Program-made: the position numbers and the translations under genes
Source of the DNA: Callorhinchus milii
Taxonomy: Eukaryota
Length of the DNA: 64,000 nt
Reading direction: 5' to 3'
NCBI RefSeq assembly: GCF_018977255.1
Contig: NW_024704743.1
Location: 16,804,001-16,868,000 of the forward strand
Shown here: piece after piece, positions 35,940 to 49,620 of the stretch
Layout: each line of letters starts with the position of its first letter
Position numbering within the stretch: the first letter of the stretch is position 1
The notes under the pieces: model-generated
Seen by the model: the letters and a program-made list of their open reading frames with translations, nothing else
Told to the model about the DNA's origin: nothing
The model's database searches: none

Positions 35940-36297
35940 AATAGTAACTGTGTATTTTAGGTGAACGCAGCAGCCAAATTGTGCACAGACGAAACAAATT
36001 GTCTGACCAATAGCCATGAAGTGAATGACCAGTTTTAAGTGGGAGATTGTTGGCCAGGACGCCGGCAGAAACTCTTGTCATTCTCTTGTCAAATAGTGTC
36101 ATGGGATTTTTAATTTCCAGCTGAACAGGCAGTTGGGACCTGCATTTAATGTATCATCTGAAGGACGGCACATCAGATAATGAAGCATTTCTCCAGCACT
36201 GTATTGGAGTTCAGCCTAGTGAGCTCAAAGTCCTGACATGGGATTTGCATCCACAACATTCTGACTCAGACGCAAGAATGCTACCAATTGAGCCAGA
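35940..36297 (-). mobile_element. Second SINE type (family C) sharing the core domain, different head
   Basis: Core gcagccaaattgtgcacag..gattgttggccaggac..ccatgggat and head ttctgactcaga..gctaccaattgagcca. Similar copies lie at 56005-56415, 61020-61420 and 61700-62095. Confidence 0.7.
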
Positions 36298-36499
36298 CTG
36301 ATGAGATAGCTTGTTGTAGCCATGTTGAAATCTAGCATGAAGAAACATGGGAAACTTTACACAGGAGGGAAGATGTTGCAAAAGCTGAACTGTTCACTGC
36401 AGGTCAGACCTGGCACATGTTAGCTTAACCGAAAAAATGTTGTGATCAGAATTACTGTCTAGGCAGCATGCGGTTTATTTATTATACTAAATTCAGCCG

Positions 36500-36990
36500 A
36501 AACCCTCTATCACCACCTCCCACCTCGATTATTTCAATGCCCTCCTCGCCAATCTACACAGCTCCACTATCCACAAGATCCAACTAATTCAGAACTCCTC
36601 TGGCCATATACTCACCCGCACTAAACTCTGTACTTTCTCGCACCAGTCCTCACCAGGCTCCACTGGCTCCCTATCAAAGAACAGATCAACTTCAAGATTC
36701 TCACATTCATCTACAAATCCCTTCATGCCCTGACACCTCACTACCTCTCCACCTTGCTTACTCCTCACTCCGCCATCCGCCACCTCCACTTAGCTGGCAC
36801 AGGCCTCCTCCTTTATCCTTCGCTCCACCATTGACGTCCTTGCTTTCGGCTGCCACTATGCCCCAAAACTTTGGAACTCTGTCCCTTGATCCCTACGATT
36901 GCCCTCTCCTTCCCCTTTTTCAGATCACACCTAGAAAGCTTCCCGCTGCCCTGCGTGAAGGGCACTATATAAATGCAAGTTGTGTTCTTG
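36500..36990 (+). mobile_element. L2 LINE 3' fragment
   Basis: SHLDYFNALL, IQNSS, LHWLPIKEQINFKIL and LWNS, with a gggcactatataaatgcaagttg tail. Confidence 0.87.
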
Positions 36991-37979
36991 TTTTTATTTT
37001 ATAAAATTTTCAGGCTTTTATTTTAAAAAATCTGATTTTTCAATTTCCAAATACAATCTGAAAACACCCAAGGCAAATTCCGAAATAGGGAGAGTGACTC
37101 AGTTCTCTAACTGGAATCCTACGAAGACAGTCGTGAATAGTCGCTAATTTTAAAAATTATGTAAGAGCCAATATGTCATAGAGACTACCCTTTTTCTGAA
37201 AGTTTAGGAAAAAAGTAAATTAGTAAGTTTCATTTGCTCTGTTTTCAGATGTCATACACGTAACCACAATTACAGATGGATCACCCGCAGCATCTCAATG
37301 TATCTGTATTTTACTAAGGACAGTAAATCAGTACTTACAGGAAAATAACAGGAAAAGAGTTTTGAATCTCTGTAGTATTTGTTGTAGGTGCCTTGCACTA
37401 GGCACTGCTGCTGGCTAGTGGGTCTCTCTTTTGTCTCTGTTGCCAAGTTCAAATGGGAAAATGAACAGAAACACAAGAGCTTGCCCATTAATTGATCAGC
37501 CATCTGTTTACTGAATAGGCATTCAGCAATTTTTTTTAAACAGCCAATGCTACCATTGGTGAGCATTTCACATTTGGGTCTAATTTACAATATTTTCTGA
37601 ACTGCATTCCTTAACATGGATTCCAAGTCACACAAATAGAGGCTCCTTGTGATAGCTGGAAGTAGGTCATGTCTACCAGCAGGAATTCTGTTCCGACGTG
37701 ATTTACTTCAGATTGCCTGTGTTTCAAAGGAACGCTAACTAGATTCCTTATTAAAGAAACCTGTTAAGAAACATTGTGACAGGTGATCAAGCCCCACTTT
37801 CTGTTGGTTGAGATTTTGTGGACCCCAAAATGATGTTTAATGGAGCTCTACTACACATTCTGTGCTTCCACTGTACATCAGTGTTTCTCTTCACCCTCGT
37901 GCTCTTACTAGAGCTGTCTGACTGCTAAGACGGCATTGACTATCTTGCCATTGGTGACCTCAACATACATACAAAACTA

Positions 37980-38270
37980 ATTTACATTAATATAGTTCCA
38001 AGGAATTGAACAGTCTAAAATTTGCAGCCAGGCTGGGAGTAGGGTGAGACGGGGCAAAGATGGCTGAAAGTATGGTCAAAGAGGAAGGTCTTGAGATGGT
38101 CGTTGAAGGACCTGAGGGAAGGAGTGATCCTCCTAACGTTAAACTGAGGTCCCAGCTGTGTGTTCAGATGGACGTTAAAGATCCAATGGGATGAAGTTCG
38201 ACAGAGTGGGGGCGGATATGCTGACAGCCTGTCCGCCAATGGTGGGGCTGCCAGGGCAGGGGACGTGAAG
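37980..38270 (-). mobile_element. Decayed L2 3' fragment
   Basis: SFNDHLKTFLFD motif in ORF 38015..38275. Confidence 0.65.
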
Positions 38271-40289
38271 TACAATGTGGGGCAAGGTGGCTACATTGCT
38301 GCTCTGTTCACATTCATTGCGATCACCATTTCTAACAACACTTCCAGTGCCTCATCAATGAATCTGCTTTTACCGATCTTTACCAATGTCATTTCCATCC
38401 CATCATTCGCAGCTGAAATAAGGGTCTTCTCATTTTGAAAAAGCCAGAGTTGTAACTTTCAGGTGATTGAGCTGTGTGAAATGCACTTCATTCAAAATGC
38501 CCCCTTGTTGGTTTCTGTGCTGCACTTCAGGTTAATGAATTTGAACTTTGGGGGCGCATGCAAATTTGTTACCAGCGCTTGGAAAAAGGCGTGCTTTTAA
38601 TGAACGGAACAAAATAGTCTCTTTGTGTCATGTGGCTGGTGAATGTCATTTTAGAGCAGCTGTAAAGTGCAAACGACACATATCCTTCACTGAGGGCTGG
38701 AAAATAAAATGCCTGAGATATTCAAACGGAATTTCTTACAGTTCTGCAAAGCACGAAACAGAACCACTTTGTGAAGTTTTTATTGAGAGCTTCATTATTG
38801 TCGTGTGTGCTAGAGATCAACCTCTGTTGCCCAGCTGGTAATGAAATGCCCCAATGTTTGCTGGACTTGAATCGTTTACTGTTAAACTACGTTATGAAAT
38901 CTCAAAGAAGTCCACGTATGCATCTGTCAGCTGCCTTTGAGGGAAACCTACTGACCAGCTCTCAAATAACAAGCACAGCTGTAGCTTAATGTAAAGTTTG
39001 CTGTCCTTCGGCAACATCTACAATTTAAGCTATGTGATTAATTAAAGAGCGTATTACAACAGATCCAAGCCAGCTACAATTGAAACATCTTGAAATCATG
39101 AGGCAAAGTACTGTACAAAATCCTCCCTTTTCCACTAGTCATTGCACAAAAGCATTGACCGAACATTAAACCAAGGTGCCATCAATCTGTTTGAGTGGAT
39201 GTCAAAGATCCCAGGCACTATTCAAAAAGAGAAGAGAGTTTTCCCAGTGTCCTGACCAACAATCTCCCAACAAAATTGCTCACTTGCTTCATGGCTGTTT
39301 CTGGGACTTAATGTATTGGCTGCCGTGTTCACCTGCAAAGATTGGGTTGGACCTTCCACTCGGAGCTGGACTAACACATAAAAGTATTCAGTGATGTAGT
39401 GGGTCAAGCTGCAGCTGAGTTTGCTTGTGTTGGTCAGAACTGTTTGAGGGAAGATCAAATCGTAGACAGTGTTCCTGCTTCTCATCTCTTTTCAATCCTC
39501 TAGCGGTTGTGTGCATTGTGTGGCAGCTGGGTGTGGAGAGGTCAGGCATGACCTGTGACACCCTCTACGCTCAAGTAGCCTACTGATTCCACTGCCAATG
39601 CAGTTTCCCCTGAAACTGCACCCCAACAAGAAGAAACTGGGGAGCAGGAGCAGAGAGCCATATGCCAATCAGGAGAGTATTGGAACAAAATTGGATACAC
39701 TAAATTTAAAACAATGTTGAAAATTTAGAATACAATCTGAGACCTGAAGTTCTTAAGAACTGTGAAAACGGCTGTTGTATAACCAGCCTCAATAGTCAAC
39801 TGTGACAAAGCAGCTCATTAGCTGTCCGGAAGCAAACATTCCTGCTAATCACTGCCTTAATTCTTCCAATGCCAATCCTGATCTCATTTCAAAATGTGCC
39901 TCTTTTGACCGTGCTTTCGGTCATCTTTCCCTGCCTCGCTTCCCTCGGCTCCCACCTCCAGATCGAGTGCCCATCCAACACTGTGAATGGGCTTTGGGAC
40001 ATCCTCTTGATGTGAAAGGAGCTATGTAATTTGTATTTTACTGTATTATGCCCCTGGAAATATGATGTGACCAAATCACTATCCAATAGGAATAACCTTT
40101 CATAATTTATCCTTTTGAAAACTTTCAGAATGTTGAAGCCATTTGTTGGATCACCACTTAACTGTTTCTGTTCTAGTTGTCTTTGTCACGTCTTTGAGAC
40201 ATCACAAAGCGCTTCACAGGATTTATTGTAGAGAGTAGTGACTGCAGTTTGTAGCCAAACTACCAACAAGTGCAAAATAATTATAATAA

Positions 40290-40657
40290 TATAATCCTTG
40301 CATTTAATATAGCACTTTATGACATCGTTGAGACATCTCAAAGCGCTTTGCAGAATGTACTGTAAAGTGAATTGACTATATATTTGTGGGTGAAACGCAG
40401 CAGCCAATTGTGCACAGCTTGTCCCACAAACAGTCGTGGATTGAGTGACAATTGTTTTCATTTTTTTGGAGGGAATATTATCCCCCATCAAGTGATCCGC
40501 CATCAACTAACAACCGGGTTCCTACTTCACTGCTTGGTAAACAAAGGTGTGTGGAGTAAGGAAACTTGCCTAAGGTTTGAGCCTGCCCAGAAATCGAACC
40601 CGAGTGCTCTCGCTTGAGAGGTGAGTGCTCTAATAACTACTATTCTACAGGAATCCA
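40290..40657 (-). mobile_element. SINE family A, full length
   Basis: Tail, core and tRNA-like head (gtgctctaa..ctacaggaatcc) are all present. Confidence 0.9.
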
Positions 40658-41219
40658 AGTCTTTTCTGTTTGCACTTTATTTGTAATTTTCATCAAGATG
40701 TAGTATTCATCCTCAACTTCAGCTTCCCCGCACTGGGATGCTGTGCAGTCCAGCTCTATCGTGTTATCTCCTGATCGGGTGCCCAGAGGTCTCCTCGCTG
40801 TGACTCGCCCTGCTCCACACGGAGCACGTTGCTATTGTCCAAGCTTGCTCAAGCAGCCTTGCCAACTGGTGTAACTTGCGCAAGGTATGTGGCATTGGGA
40901 TTTATGGTTCACTGGGCTGTAACTCTCCCAATTCTACTGCCAGAGCTAATACATTTAAAAACTTCCTTGGACCAAAAAAAATAGTCATAAAATGTGGTTG
41001 AAAGTGGCTATAAATGTAAAATCGCAGTAATTGTTTTCAAAGCCAGTTTGAACCTCGCATATTCCACAGCAAGATATTCCAGCAACAGTGCGTCTGAAAG
41101 GGACTATGGGAGTAACATTTGCAGATTGCCATAAATGGTTTAATAAGTAAGTTAATGAACGCTTTCAGGGACATAAAGGACACTTAGCAGTTGGTGCTGT
41201 CGCAAGGCACAAAATGAGG

Positions 41220-41454
41220 TTGGGGGGGAAATTCTACCTGGCTCTAGATTTACCACATTAATGTAGCATTTCAGAACATCCAGAATTTAACAAATTGTTG
41301 AATGCAGTTGTTACTTGTATGTCAGTTTCCTACAGATCTTCAAATAAACTTACAGAAAACTGGCCTCAAAATTAAGGTTTTAAAATTTCCCAAATTCTGG
41401 ATGCTCTGAAATGTTACATAAATAACATCTAGACCAGGTAGAATTTCTCCTCAA
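41220..41454. mobile_element. Palindromic MITE-like element with ~65-bp imperfect TIRs
   Basis: gaaattctacctgg / ccaggtagaatttc pair perfectly, and atgtagcatttcagaacatccagaattt / aaattctggatgctctgaaatgttacat pair with 2 mismatches. A related copy lies at 63006-63225. Confidence 0.8.
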
Positions 41455-44400
41455 TATGTGCACTAAATAAAAGATAATCAGAATTTGTAAATCATAGAAT
41501 GCTACTTCATAGAAGCAGGCCATTTGGCCCATCAAATCTACACTATACCGTATACAAGTCTAATCCCACTCTCCTACTCACTCCCTGTTCCCTGTCCCTA
41601 TTCCCTTTGTTTCATGCATTTATCTATTTCCATTCCAAAATTGAAAAAGGGAACAAACATGACAAGTTAATTCATTTAACTTGTTGTGTCAAATAAGTTA
41701 ATGTCCTTTCTTATCCTTCTGCCATGAGGCTCTAATCAAATTAGTGTTCAGGAATGCAATGTTTCTTTTTTCAACTGTATTAGGGTGAGGAATTAGCAGT
41801 TACGAACAAGATTTGCTGACAGAGACTTAGAGACAATAGCAGAGAATACTGCCAGCAATCAACAGTACATTCCCAGCTGACTCGCAGGAAACTGGTCAGC
41901 ATTTCAGAGAAAACCATCAATCCCATGAGCCTGTTGTTACCAGCAGGAATTCCATGTGGTTGTATTCAAGGGTAAAAAATTCCTTAAAGCATTACACACA
42001 TCATTCTCTAATGCAGTTAGATGTCATTGCCTAATGGAATTTCCACTTGTAAATGCACAGTCAAAGGTGCTATGTATAACACACCATTGAATTTCTACCC
42101 AAGAGAGAGACAACCATATTTCAATCAGTTACTACTTATTTTATTTCTGTAACGCACTCTCTATCGTTATCTCTCTCTGATCACTATTGTTTGATAACTA
42201 AACTAATTATGTGTCATCATTGCTGCCACAGTTCTTGGTTTATATGAAGCCTTTACAGACAGAGTACATCATCATGAGTTTTAGTGTCCTTCATTCTCCA
42301 CCTCACCTCCATGATCACTCCAATCCTGAACGTGGTAGCCACACAAACACACAAGCACGGACACACACAGACACACACACAATGCAATCCTAGCCTCAGT
42401 GAGTGACCCAGAAGAAAATAATTGTTTTTTTATAGTGAAATATCTCAAAATAATTCTGTCAAATGTAGTGACTTTTGCAAGTGTAGGCAAAGGTGGGTCG
42501 TTAGGTGACTGTTGAAGTGACTCTGTGTGTTGAGCACTGTGTGCAGGTAGCACCACTGATGTTACTCTACAAAATAAATAACATCACCACCAACAGCAAA
42601 TTACATTTGTATAGCGCCTTTCACATCGGGAAGCATTCTTGTGCTTAGAGATCCTCCTCTTTGACTGCGTCTTCGGTCACCCTCCTACCCTCACCCTCCC
42701 TGCCTTCCACCCCTCCTGATCCCAACCCTCAGTTCAAGTCCAGATCCCTGACTGTCCAATGCCTTGGGACTGTCCAGTCTCCCAATGTAATTTATTGTTG
42801 TAATGTTCAGTCCATAGAAGTGATGTCAGCTAAACTTGTCACACATGTGCAACACACAGGAACAGCGACCTGATGACCCAGAAGTCAGACATTTTTCTGT
42901 GCTTAATTTTTTTGGGAGGGTGAAACCCAGAGGGACCCAGAGCATCGCATTACAACAGAGGTGCCAGTATTGGCTTCTGGACCAGAGTTCAGGAGGGGCA
43001 AATCAGTCAGGTGACATCTGCTAGGTTTACTAATGCAGACTTCGCTGGGCTGATTCCTTTCGTCGCCAATCGTGCCTTCGCTCACTGGATAGGCTCAGAA
43101 ATGAGGAGCAGCCATTTGGCCAAGATACTGAGGAGCTGAAACTCTACTTCAGTGAGAAAAGTGAAAAGAAATGGGGGAAATTACTAAATAAAAGCTCTGA
43201 CTTCAAACAGGAGATTTAACGGAGCAGTAGAAATCTGAGAGTGTTTTGAACGTTTGTAACTAGATCTTTTTTGTTCAGCAATTTGATGTGTTCAGCATAA
43301 GATTTAGTGACTTTGAGAGTAATTACACTTTTTAGTCCATTACAGCTTTCAAAACGTACTGTAGACAGTTTGCATCTGGTACAGGGAACGCTCTGACATG
43401 GTTGTTGATTCTGTGGGCTGTTGTCCTGTCCTGTGGCAGAGTCTTCAATTCAGTCTTAACTGTCTTCAGTCATGTTTGCGTGAGCACTAATGTGCTAATC
43501 AGAAATGTAGATACAACAACAACTTGCATTTAATTGAGTGCTTTACGCGGGCAGTATCTTTGACCACGGAGTCAGGCTGTGCCCTGTGGACCTCAGCTGT
43601 ACCCAGTGTGATAGCTGCTAGTGATGAGACAAAGATATCAGTACCAGCAAAGGACTGGTATGTGTGACAAGCTCTCTGCTGAGCCATGAGTCGAATGACA
43701 AGCTGCACCACCTGCTGAAGGGAGATAGTAATAAACTATTGTCTTCCTTGTGCACTGCCAAGGTGTCAAAGGCCATAATTCTCACTCATTTGGGATTCTT
43801 CCCTGTGTTTCCACAGTTAGAGCAGGGGCATCTCTCCGGGAGCTTGCACGGCTGCCAGCTGGTGTTAGGAAGATTAGTTGCACAAATGGTCGACCAATAA
43901 ATAGGCAAGTTTGCGTATTGAAGGTTTACCTGAGCAGTGGGCTTTGCCATTGTCCTCCACCGACCTGCCAGCATTTCTCTCTGGAGCAAAGACGCTGACT
44001 GTGCTACATTCTTTTCTGGTTCAGGAGAGTTGGTTTCAGTAGCTATTATGTATGGACCAAATGGCCCTTTTCTGTGCCATAAGCTTCTATGGTTTAAGGT
44101 TCTGAAGGTACAGTGCTAGGTAGATATCTCTTTCGAAGATCTGGTATTGGCAACAAACTACCTCCTCTGTAAAATTCTAGCATTCTAGGATTTTTTGAAA
44201 AGAAATGGGAAAAAAAAGCTTGAGGGAAATTCAAAGGAAAAATAAAACATTTAAAAAATTAGATTTATTAAAAAAAATAGAGATTACTGCTGGGCCACGA
44301 TATTTCCATCCACTTCAGCATTTACCCCAACATGTGACAAGATAATCAGCTCAGCTCATATAGCTGTTGGAACGTTCACTTCATTCAGCAGTGCCAAGAC

Positions 44401-45177
44401 AGATGTTTTCAGAAGTCACATTGTTGGATCAAGTCAGGGCGTTACCTTGACTGTCCAGTGCCGTGAGACATCCTCCTGACATGAAAGGTGCTATGCAAAT
44501 GTAATTTGCTGTTGTTGTTGTTACATTTGTGTTGCATTTCAGTTTAACATCTTTCTTTGACTCCCAGAGTGGAATTACTCTCTCATTGTAAGGTGCTACA
44601 GAGTGGTACCCAACATGAACACCTGGCCCGAGAATGAGAGAAAATACCACCCCTCACCCGAGATATTACAACATGTTTTGTTACTCTGTTCATATCCAGT
44701 GGATCTGAGTACAGAAATTTATAAGGGCTGCATTTTTGATGAGCCACAAAACAATTTGTGTGTTCCTGCATCCAGTACCTGAGAAACAGATTGACACAAA
44801 CTATTGTACTGTTCGAAAAGAGAAGGAAGTTTCTCCCAGTGTCCTGGCCAACAATCCCCCAGATGAAATTAAACAATCACTTAGTGACTATTTGTAGGAC
44901 ATTGCTTTGTGTACATTATCTGTTGTGTTTGCCTACAAAATATACATATCTTATGTTATAGGCCCTATATAAGTGCAAGTTGTTTTTGATTTTGGATTGA
45001 GAGATCTTAATGTATCCCTCCTCTATGCTATTGTAATATGAACAAAATAATCAGCCATGTCAGTGTCACAGTCCTATATATGCTGTGTGTTTTTCTCAGT
45101 TATTTGGGTCTGTTTCTCATTATGTAGACTTTTAACCTGTTTGATTTCTGGCTGTAAGTAACTGAAGTACTGTAGTG

Positions 45178-45505
45178 ATAATAATAATAATAATCCTTGC
45201 ATTTGATATAGTGCTTTTCACGTCGGGAGGACGTCCCAAAGCGCTTCACAGAACACACTGTAAAGTGAATTGACTGTATATTTGTGGGCGAACGCGGCAG
45301 CCAAATGCGCACAGCAATGTCCCACAAACAATCGTAGATTGAAAATGACCAATTTATTATTGTTTAGTTTTTTTTTGGAGGGATTATTATTAGGCTCTGT
45401 GTGGAGTAAGAAAACTTGCCCAAGGTTTCGTCCTCTGCCAGGAATTGAACTCAGGTCTCTCACTTGCAAAGCGAGTGCTCTAACCACTGAGCTACAGGAC
45501 TCCAC
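45178..45505 (-). mobile_element. SINE family A, full-length reference copy (tRNA-Ala-like head, central core, L2-like tail)
   Basis: Minus strand gtggagtcctgTAGCTCAGTGGttagagcactcgctttgcaagtgagagacctGAGTTCAATTCC (A and B boxes; anticodon loop TGC here, CGC in other copies). Tail gggacgtcctcccgacgtgaaaagcactatatcaaatgcaagg(att)n. Confidence 0.93.
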
Positions 45506-46479
45506 TCCTATGTATGCTCAGGGTTGAAATATTAATGTGATAGCTCAACAATTATTCTTTCGAAGCACGTTTTCAGAATGTGTTGCCGTATTTTATTTAC
45601 ATGAAAGAAGGCAGTATTGCCAAGGTGAAGCAATTGGTAACAGCAAGGTATTTGTTTGAGAAAAAGACAGCAACCCAGGATTGCAAAACTATTCAGAGGA
45701 AAGCAACTGTTGCTTTACTCACCGAGACTCCCTGTTAGCCATCACCTTTCAGTCCCCATTCCCCAACCAGCTCTCCTTCTCCATTCATTATCACTGGAAA
45801 TGATTTAAGACCTAACATGACTGAAGGAGGATGTAATTCTAGTTTGTAAAAGAGCTACACATGAGATTCAGAGCACTCAGATTAACAGTGTACCTGGCTG
45901 TTTGGGCACATGACAGGTGTACAGTACTCATATTGTTTGAGTAAAGCTTGGGCCTCAGATATTTGAATGATCAGCTTCTACTCACGTTCCAGTTAGATTT
46001 GATCAGCGCTGCCAAGCCCGGTTTCCGCCCCCACCCCACTCAAAAAAATATGTAAACTGCATTCAACATTTGCCCACAGACACAGTCACTCCACTTTACA
46101 GTACATACTGTGAAGTGCTTTGAACCATCTTACCGAATGAAAGGCTCAATACCAAATATAAGGCTTGTTGTTAGACATTATGTTTTAGTCAGCTTTAAAA
46201 ACATTAGTACTTCCTTAGTGGAAACTTCAATGCTTTAAGTGCTAGTTTGGTTCAATTGTTGCTAATATGAGGCTCAAACCCCAATGGGAGGCTGTTTCTC
46301 AGACTTTTAATCCACAGGGGGAGTGGGATTGATTTGGAGAGCTCTTTTAAAAGAGCCGGTACAGACACAACGGGTCGAATGGCCTCCTTCTGTGCTGTAT
46401 AATTCTATGATTCTAACCTGTTTGGAATTTCAAACCTGACGATGTATAATATTACAGTATAGTGACAATCACAGCCAGA

Positions 46480-47670
46480 AGAGGCTGGTACTGAAAGTAA
46501 AGAAAACTGGAATCAGTGGAAGTATATTAAAATGGATACATAAAGGGTTGACCGGAAGAACCCAGAGGATAGTGGTATAGGGAATGTTATCAGACTGGAA
46601 ACATTTTACCAGTGGAATCCCACAAGGGTCTGTTTTGGGACCTCTCTTATTTAATATTTTTATAAATAATCTGGACTAGAAGTCGCAAGCACAGTGGTTA
46701 AATTTGCAGATGACACCAAGCAAATGAAGGTGGTAGATTGCAAAGCTGAACAAGATAGGTTACAAGAGGATTTGAACATACTTGGGAATTGGGCAGACTG
46801 ATGATGTATGAAATTCAATGTGGAGAAATGTAAAGTACTTCACATGGGGACAAAATATCCAGAAAGGGACTATTATTTGAACGGAAAGAAAATAATATGT
46901 ATGGAAAATGAAAATGAAAAGGACCTGGGGTTCCTGATTGACAATAATCTGTGGCAGTGAGTAAAGCAAACCAGATGTTCGAATGTATCAAAAGATCAAT
47001 AGCAAACTGAAATAGTGGGGTAATCCTGCCACTGTATAAATCATTGGTTAGACCGTACTTCAGAGTACAGCTATCATCGCCACAGTAAAATGATATGGGA
47101 GAAATCAAGAGGATACCAAGGAGGGCAACCGGAATGATGGAGGGACTGGATTATGAGAAGCGACTAAGTCAATTGGGCATGTTCACGCTGGAAAAGAGAA
47201 GATTGAGAGAGGATATGATTTAAGATTCTAAAGGGACTAGACAGTGTAAATCATGACAGGCTGTTTCAACTAGTCCAGAATAGTAAAAACAAAGGACACG
47301 GCCTGCGATTGAAAGGGCGTAAATTCAGAACGAATCTAAAAAAACACTATTTTCAGCGAACGAATAGTAAACCTGTGGATCAGGCTCCCTAGGAAGTGTT
47401 GATTCCTTCAAACACAGATTAGATAGTTTTTTTACAAAATAACATTATGGGATATTACACCGTTTCACCCACAAAATATACAGTCAATTCACTTTACAGT
47501 ATATTCTGTGAAGCGCTTTGAGACGTCTCGAAGACGTGATAAGGCGCTATATCAAATGCAAGGATTATTATTATAGGTAGTTTGGGACATATGTGCATGC
47601 GACCGCCAGGGAGGTGGAAGGTGAATTAGATGCACCTTGGTCTTTTCTCGTCTAGCAATTTTTATGTTCT
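46480..47670 (+). mobile_element. CR1 LINE of a second subfamily, 5'-truncated, with a SINE inserted in the 3' UTR
   Basis: [51 protein letters not shown] and LGMFTLEKRRLR, with a distinct tail cttggtcttttctcgtctagcaattt (also inverted at ~32830-32880). Confidence 0.9.
47461..47573 (+). mobile_element. SINE family A 3' fragment inside CR1
   Basis: cagtcaattcactttacagtatattctgtgaagcgctttgagacgtc..caaatgcaaggattattattat. Confidence 0.88.
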
Positions 47671-48269
47671 TGTGTGTGAGCTAGCATGCCAGCAATGGGG
47701 AAGTTCTGTATTATCAGAGTGAAAATCAAGATCTTACCTGTGTTTTTTTAATTCCCACGGCACAATTTGAAAAGAAAAGGGGGTTTAACCAACAATCCTC
47801 CAGATAAATTGTTCACTCACCTCATGGCTTCACGTTGCCACTGGAAAAAAATACTTCAGAACGTGGTGTGTTTTCTGCTGTCACAACGACCTGCAAGACC
47901 TTAACTACAACCACCTGAGAGTCGAGGCCTCGTGAGTCACCATGACATAAATGGCAATTAAAGGGGATGTTTACAAGAGAGAAGACAGATTGTTTTTAGA
48001 AGGGAGAAGACAGATACTCAGGTAGTAGAGGTGTAATGGGGTGTGGCGAAAGTGGGGGTCATTGGATTAAAAGATCTGTCGAGATCAAATAGACTGGTGG
48101 AACAGGTTCGATGGGAGATCCTCCACCTGTTCCTATTTTTGTATATTTCTCTACAAGAGATGCAGTTTACAACACAAGCTGCTTTTATGGCAGTGAGGTG
48201 CTTTGAACCCTATCACTAGAAACCAGTTAAAAAGCCCAGTGAATAAGAACAATGAGAAACCCATGGAAA

Positions 48270-48633
48270 TAATAATAATCCTTGCATTTAATATAGCGCC
48301 TTAACACATCTTCGAGATATCTCAAAGCGCTTCAAGGAATACACTGTAAAGTGAATTGACTATATTTTTTTTGGCGAAATGCAGCAGCCAATTGTGCGCA
48401 GCAGTGTCCCACAAAGAGTCGTGGATTGAGTGAACAACTTATTATTTTTTTAAGGTGTTATTACCCCCAGAAAAGTGATCCGCCAATCAACTAACAACCG
48501 GGTTCCTACTTCTGGTAGGTAAACAGAGGCGTGTGGAGTAAGGAAACTTGCCCAGTGTTTCACTCTGCTGGGAAAAGACCCAGGTCTCTCGCTTACGAGA
48601 CGGATGCTCTAATCACTGAGCTACAGGACTCCA
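48270..48633 (-). mobile_element. SINE family A, full length
   Basis: Tail, core and head cactgagctacaggactcca. Confidence 0.92.
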
Positions 48634-49274
48634 ATAAGCCAAATGTTCCTGTCTTTCAGCACTGGTAATGGGGCTTGGTTATGACAAGAATATCTATTAA
48701 ACATGACTATTTATTACAGTATTTAATATGTTGTGCACACAAAATTTACATATCACTGTCCAAAGATCCTGCAACCGTGGCTCAGAAATCTTTGTTTACA
48801 CAGATCCTTTATCCTGTGTGATAGTCATTTGAGCTACGCCACAGTACGGTTACAATGGGACGGCTCAGGCTGAGGTCTGCACCTGCTACCCCGACTTAAT
48901 GCTTCACGTTTGCCAACAAGGTAACTAATGAAATGACAGTTACAAAGGAAGAATTTGCATTTTTATATCACAGAGATTACTGGCGGAGTAATTTCTTTGG
49001 TGATTGTTTGTACTAGACAAACCAAGGCTGACGTTTTGTGCACATCAAGTTTCCACTAACAACCTCAAAGGCCGATCACCAATTTTATCCAAAGGATTGT
49101 TGGTAAGGACACTGGGGCAACCAGGCCTCTCTGGATGGGACGTGGTGTGAGCTGACAGCACCTCCTGTTCGGTGCCTGTGGTGCGTGTCGCTGGAGCTGC
49201 AGTGTAAAAGTGACATAAGATCAGAGCAACATTGTAGAATGTGTTACAAGCTACTCAGTGATGGGCAAATGATA

Positions 49275-49620
49275 ACAATAATAATGATCCTTGCATTTAA
49301 TATACTGCCTTATCACTTCTTTGAGATGTCTCGAAATGCTTCACGGAATATACTGTAAAGTAAATTGACTGTATACTTGTGGGCAAAACGTGCCAGCCAA
49401 TATCTCACAAACAGTTGTGGATTGAGTGACAAAATTATTATTTTTTTTGGGGGGGACGGATCATTACCACAGGAAAAGCGATCCGCCAATCGACTAACTA
49501 CTTACTGCTATGTAAACAGAGGCGTGTGGAGTAAGGAAACTTCTCGCCCTGCCGGGAATCGAACACAGGTCCTCTTGCTTGTGAGGCGAGTGCTCTAACC
49601 ACTAAGCTACAGGACTCCAC
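49275..49620 (-). mobile_element. SINE family A, full length
   Basis: Tail, core and head gtgctctaaccactaagctacaggactccac. Confidence 0.9.

Noticed and set aside
45430..45505. tRNA-Ala-like sequences (also ~35860-35927, 48560-48633, 49545-49620, 59695-59765)
   Set aside because: They are SINE heads. Each is fused to the SINE core, varies between copies and lacks a proper acceptor stem, so they are not tRNA genes.
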